From NCBI GenBank assembly GCA_964499705.1, contig CAZCME010000020.1, positions 1-64,000 of the forward strand: a stretch of DNA of 64,000 bases, read 5' to 3'. The position numbers and the translations under genes are program-made. The notes below the pieces were generated by a model. It saw only the letters and a list, made by a program, of their open reading frames with translations, did no database searches and was not told the origin of the DNA. The stretch comes from an uncultured bacterium. Lineage in GTDB: Bacteria > UBA8481. Positions 62,907 to 64,000 of this stretch are shown here, piece by piece; the first letter of the stretch is position 1, and each line of letters opens with the position of its first letter.

Positions 62907-64000
62907 ATGAAGAAACTGGCACTGGCGGCCATTGCTGTCTCCATGATGGCAACGTCGTCTTCAGCAGCTGGAGTGACCATCTCCGGCTATATTGATGTCG
63001 GCTATTGGGCGGCGGAGAATCCGCATCTCAATTCCTTTTACGGAGTCGCAGCCGGCGCGTTTCCTCCAAGGGCGCAGGCGTCCGCGGCGACAAATGGCGC
63101 CTGGAACGGCAACGATCAATTCGCCCTCAACGATGTGAATATCGATATCAACGCGAAATTCACGGATGATATCACGGGCTATGCATCGTGGAACTATGCC
63201 AATGGAGCGGCGGCCACAATTGACTTCGCGCAAATCGATTTCACCAATCTGCTTCCCTGGGGCCATAAGCTGACGGTGGGCCGGTTTGGTTCTCCGGTCG
63301 GCATCGAGCAGCGCGTTTCCGAATCGAATCTGAACAAGTTCATCAACATGTCGCTGATCTCGTCCATTACTGTCGGTTCGCAGGACGGTATCGCGGTCTC
63401 CGGTTCCATGAGCCCTGTTTCCTACATCGTGGCCGTGACGAACAACGACAACCTAGGCGGAGCGAGCATCGGCACGAATCCGAGAATTCCCGCGATCGCG
63501 GGCGCCGTGGGCGTCGTTGCCGACAATAACAACGATAAGGCGATTTCCGGACGTATCGGCGTGACACCCATCGAAGGACTTGAACTCGGAGCTTCCGGTT
63601 CGCGAACGATATGGGCGGGCCCCCTGGCCGCCGGTGCTACAGCGGATAAGATCAATCCGACGCGTAATGTCGTCGCCGCCGACGCTTCCTATGTCTGGGG
63701 CGCGTTCACCATCAAGGGCGAATATGCATACGTCAAGGAACAACAGCAGAATGCGATAGGAGTTCTTCCTCTCTCCGACATCAGCGCGCGCGGATATTAC
63801 GTCGAAGGATGGTACGACTGGACATCCAAGTTCGGCGTCGGAGTGCGTTACAACCGCATGGAAATCGATCAGACGCGCGGCGCAGGCAACAGCGACAACG
63901 CTTCGGATTACAGCACCCTCGCGGTCGCCGGTTCGTACAAGTTGGCAGACAATGTCCTTTTCAAGGCGGAATACGACGTGAACGAAGAAAGCGTCATCAA
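62907..64000 (+). CDS. Outer-membrane porin (paralogue 2), runs off the window end
   Basis: Absent from the ORF track because it has no stop in the window. AAGGAG SD; MKKLALAAIAVSMMATSSSAAGVTISGYIDVGYWAAENP... is colinear with paralogue 1. Confidence 0.88.
   Translation, partial: MKKLALAAIAVSMMATSSSAAGVTISGYIDVGYWAAENPHLNSFYGVAAGAFPPRAQASAATNGAWNGNDQFALNDVNIDINAKFTDDITGYASWNYANGAAATIDFAQIDFTNLLPWGHKLTVGRFGSPVGIEQRVSESNLNKFINMSLISSITVGSQDGIAVSGSMSPVSYIVAVTNNDNLGGASIGTNPRIPAIAGAVGVVADNNNDKAISGRIGVTPIEGLELGASGSRTIWAGPLAAGATADKINPTRNVVAADASYVWGAFTIKGEYAYVKEQQQNAIGVLPLSDISARGYYVEGWYDWTSKFGVGVRYNRMEIDQTRGAGNSDNASDYSTLAVAGSYKLADNVLFKAEYDVNEESVI

Overview
High-GC chromosomal segment from a diderm bacterium with LPS and hopanoid genes; the phylum cannot be assigned from the sequence alone. 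Left to right: (1) 1-12.4 kb, a hopanoid biosynthesis/trafficking cluster (hpnL-like, hpnN, an orphan radical SAM, hpnA, hpnG, hpnH, single-enzyme squalene synthase, hpnM/mlaC, mlaA) with a myo-inositol-1-phosphate synthase between squalene synthase and hpnH, and no squalene-hopene cyclase in the window. (2) A DEDDh exonuclease, class I adenylate cyclase, HDOD protein and TPR-kinase-like protein. (3) LPS core genes waaA/waaF/waaC, truA, dnaE (with an in-frame 2x54-bp palindromic insertion) and an orphan DNA methyltransferase. (4) atpAGDC without atpH or F0 genes, then pseudopilin/T2SS-T4P genes. (5) Housekeeping genes: glnS, secA, CCA enzyme, clpB, mntR-like, cysE, coaX, tRNA-Cys, a sigma54 activator and rmlAB. 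(6) A small island with a KGG-motif protein/nucleotidyltransferase pair and a Uma2 gene, then two tandem porin paralogues, one with a sigma70 promoter and a ~310-nt structured leader, the other with a sigma54 promoter. Window-wide signals are a -10 box 6 nt before the start codon (leaderless architecture) at 11 genes and several families of short palindromic repeats/MITEs, some now part of coding sequence. All protein calls are motif recognition by eye, not database searches.
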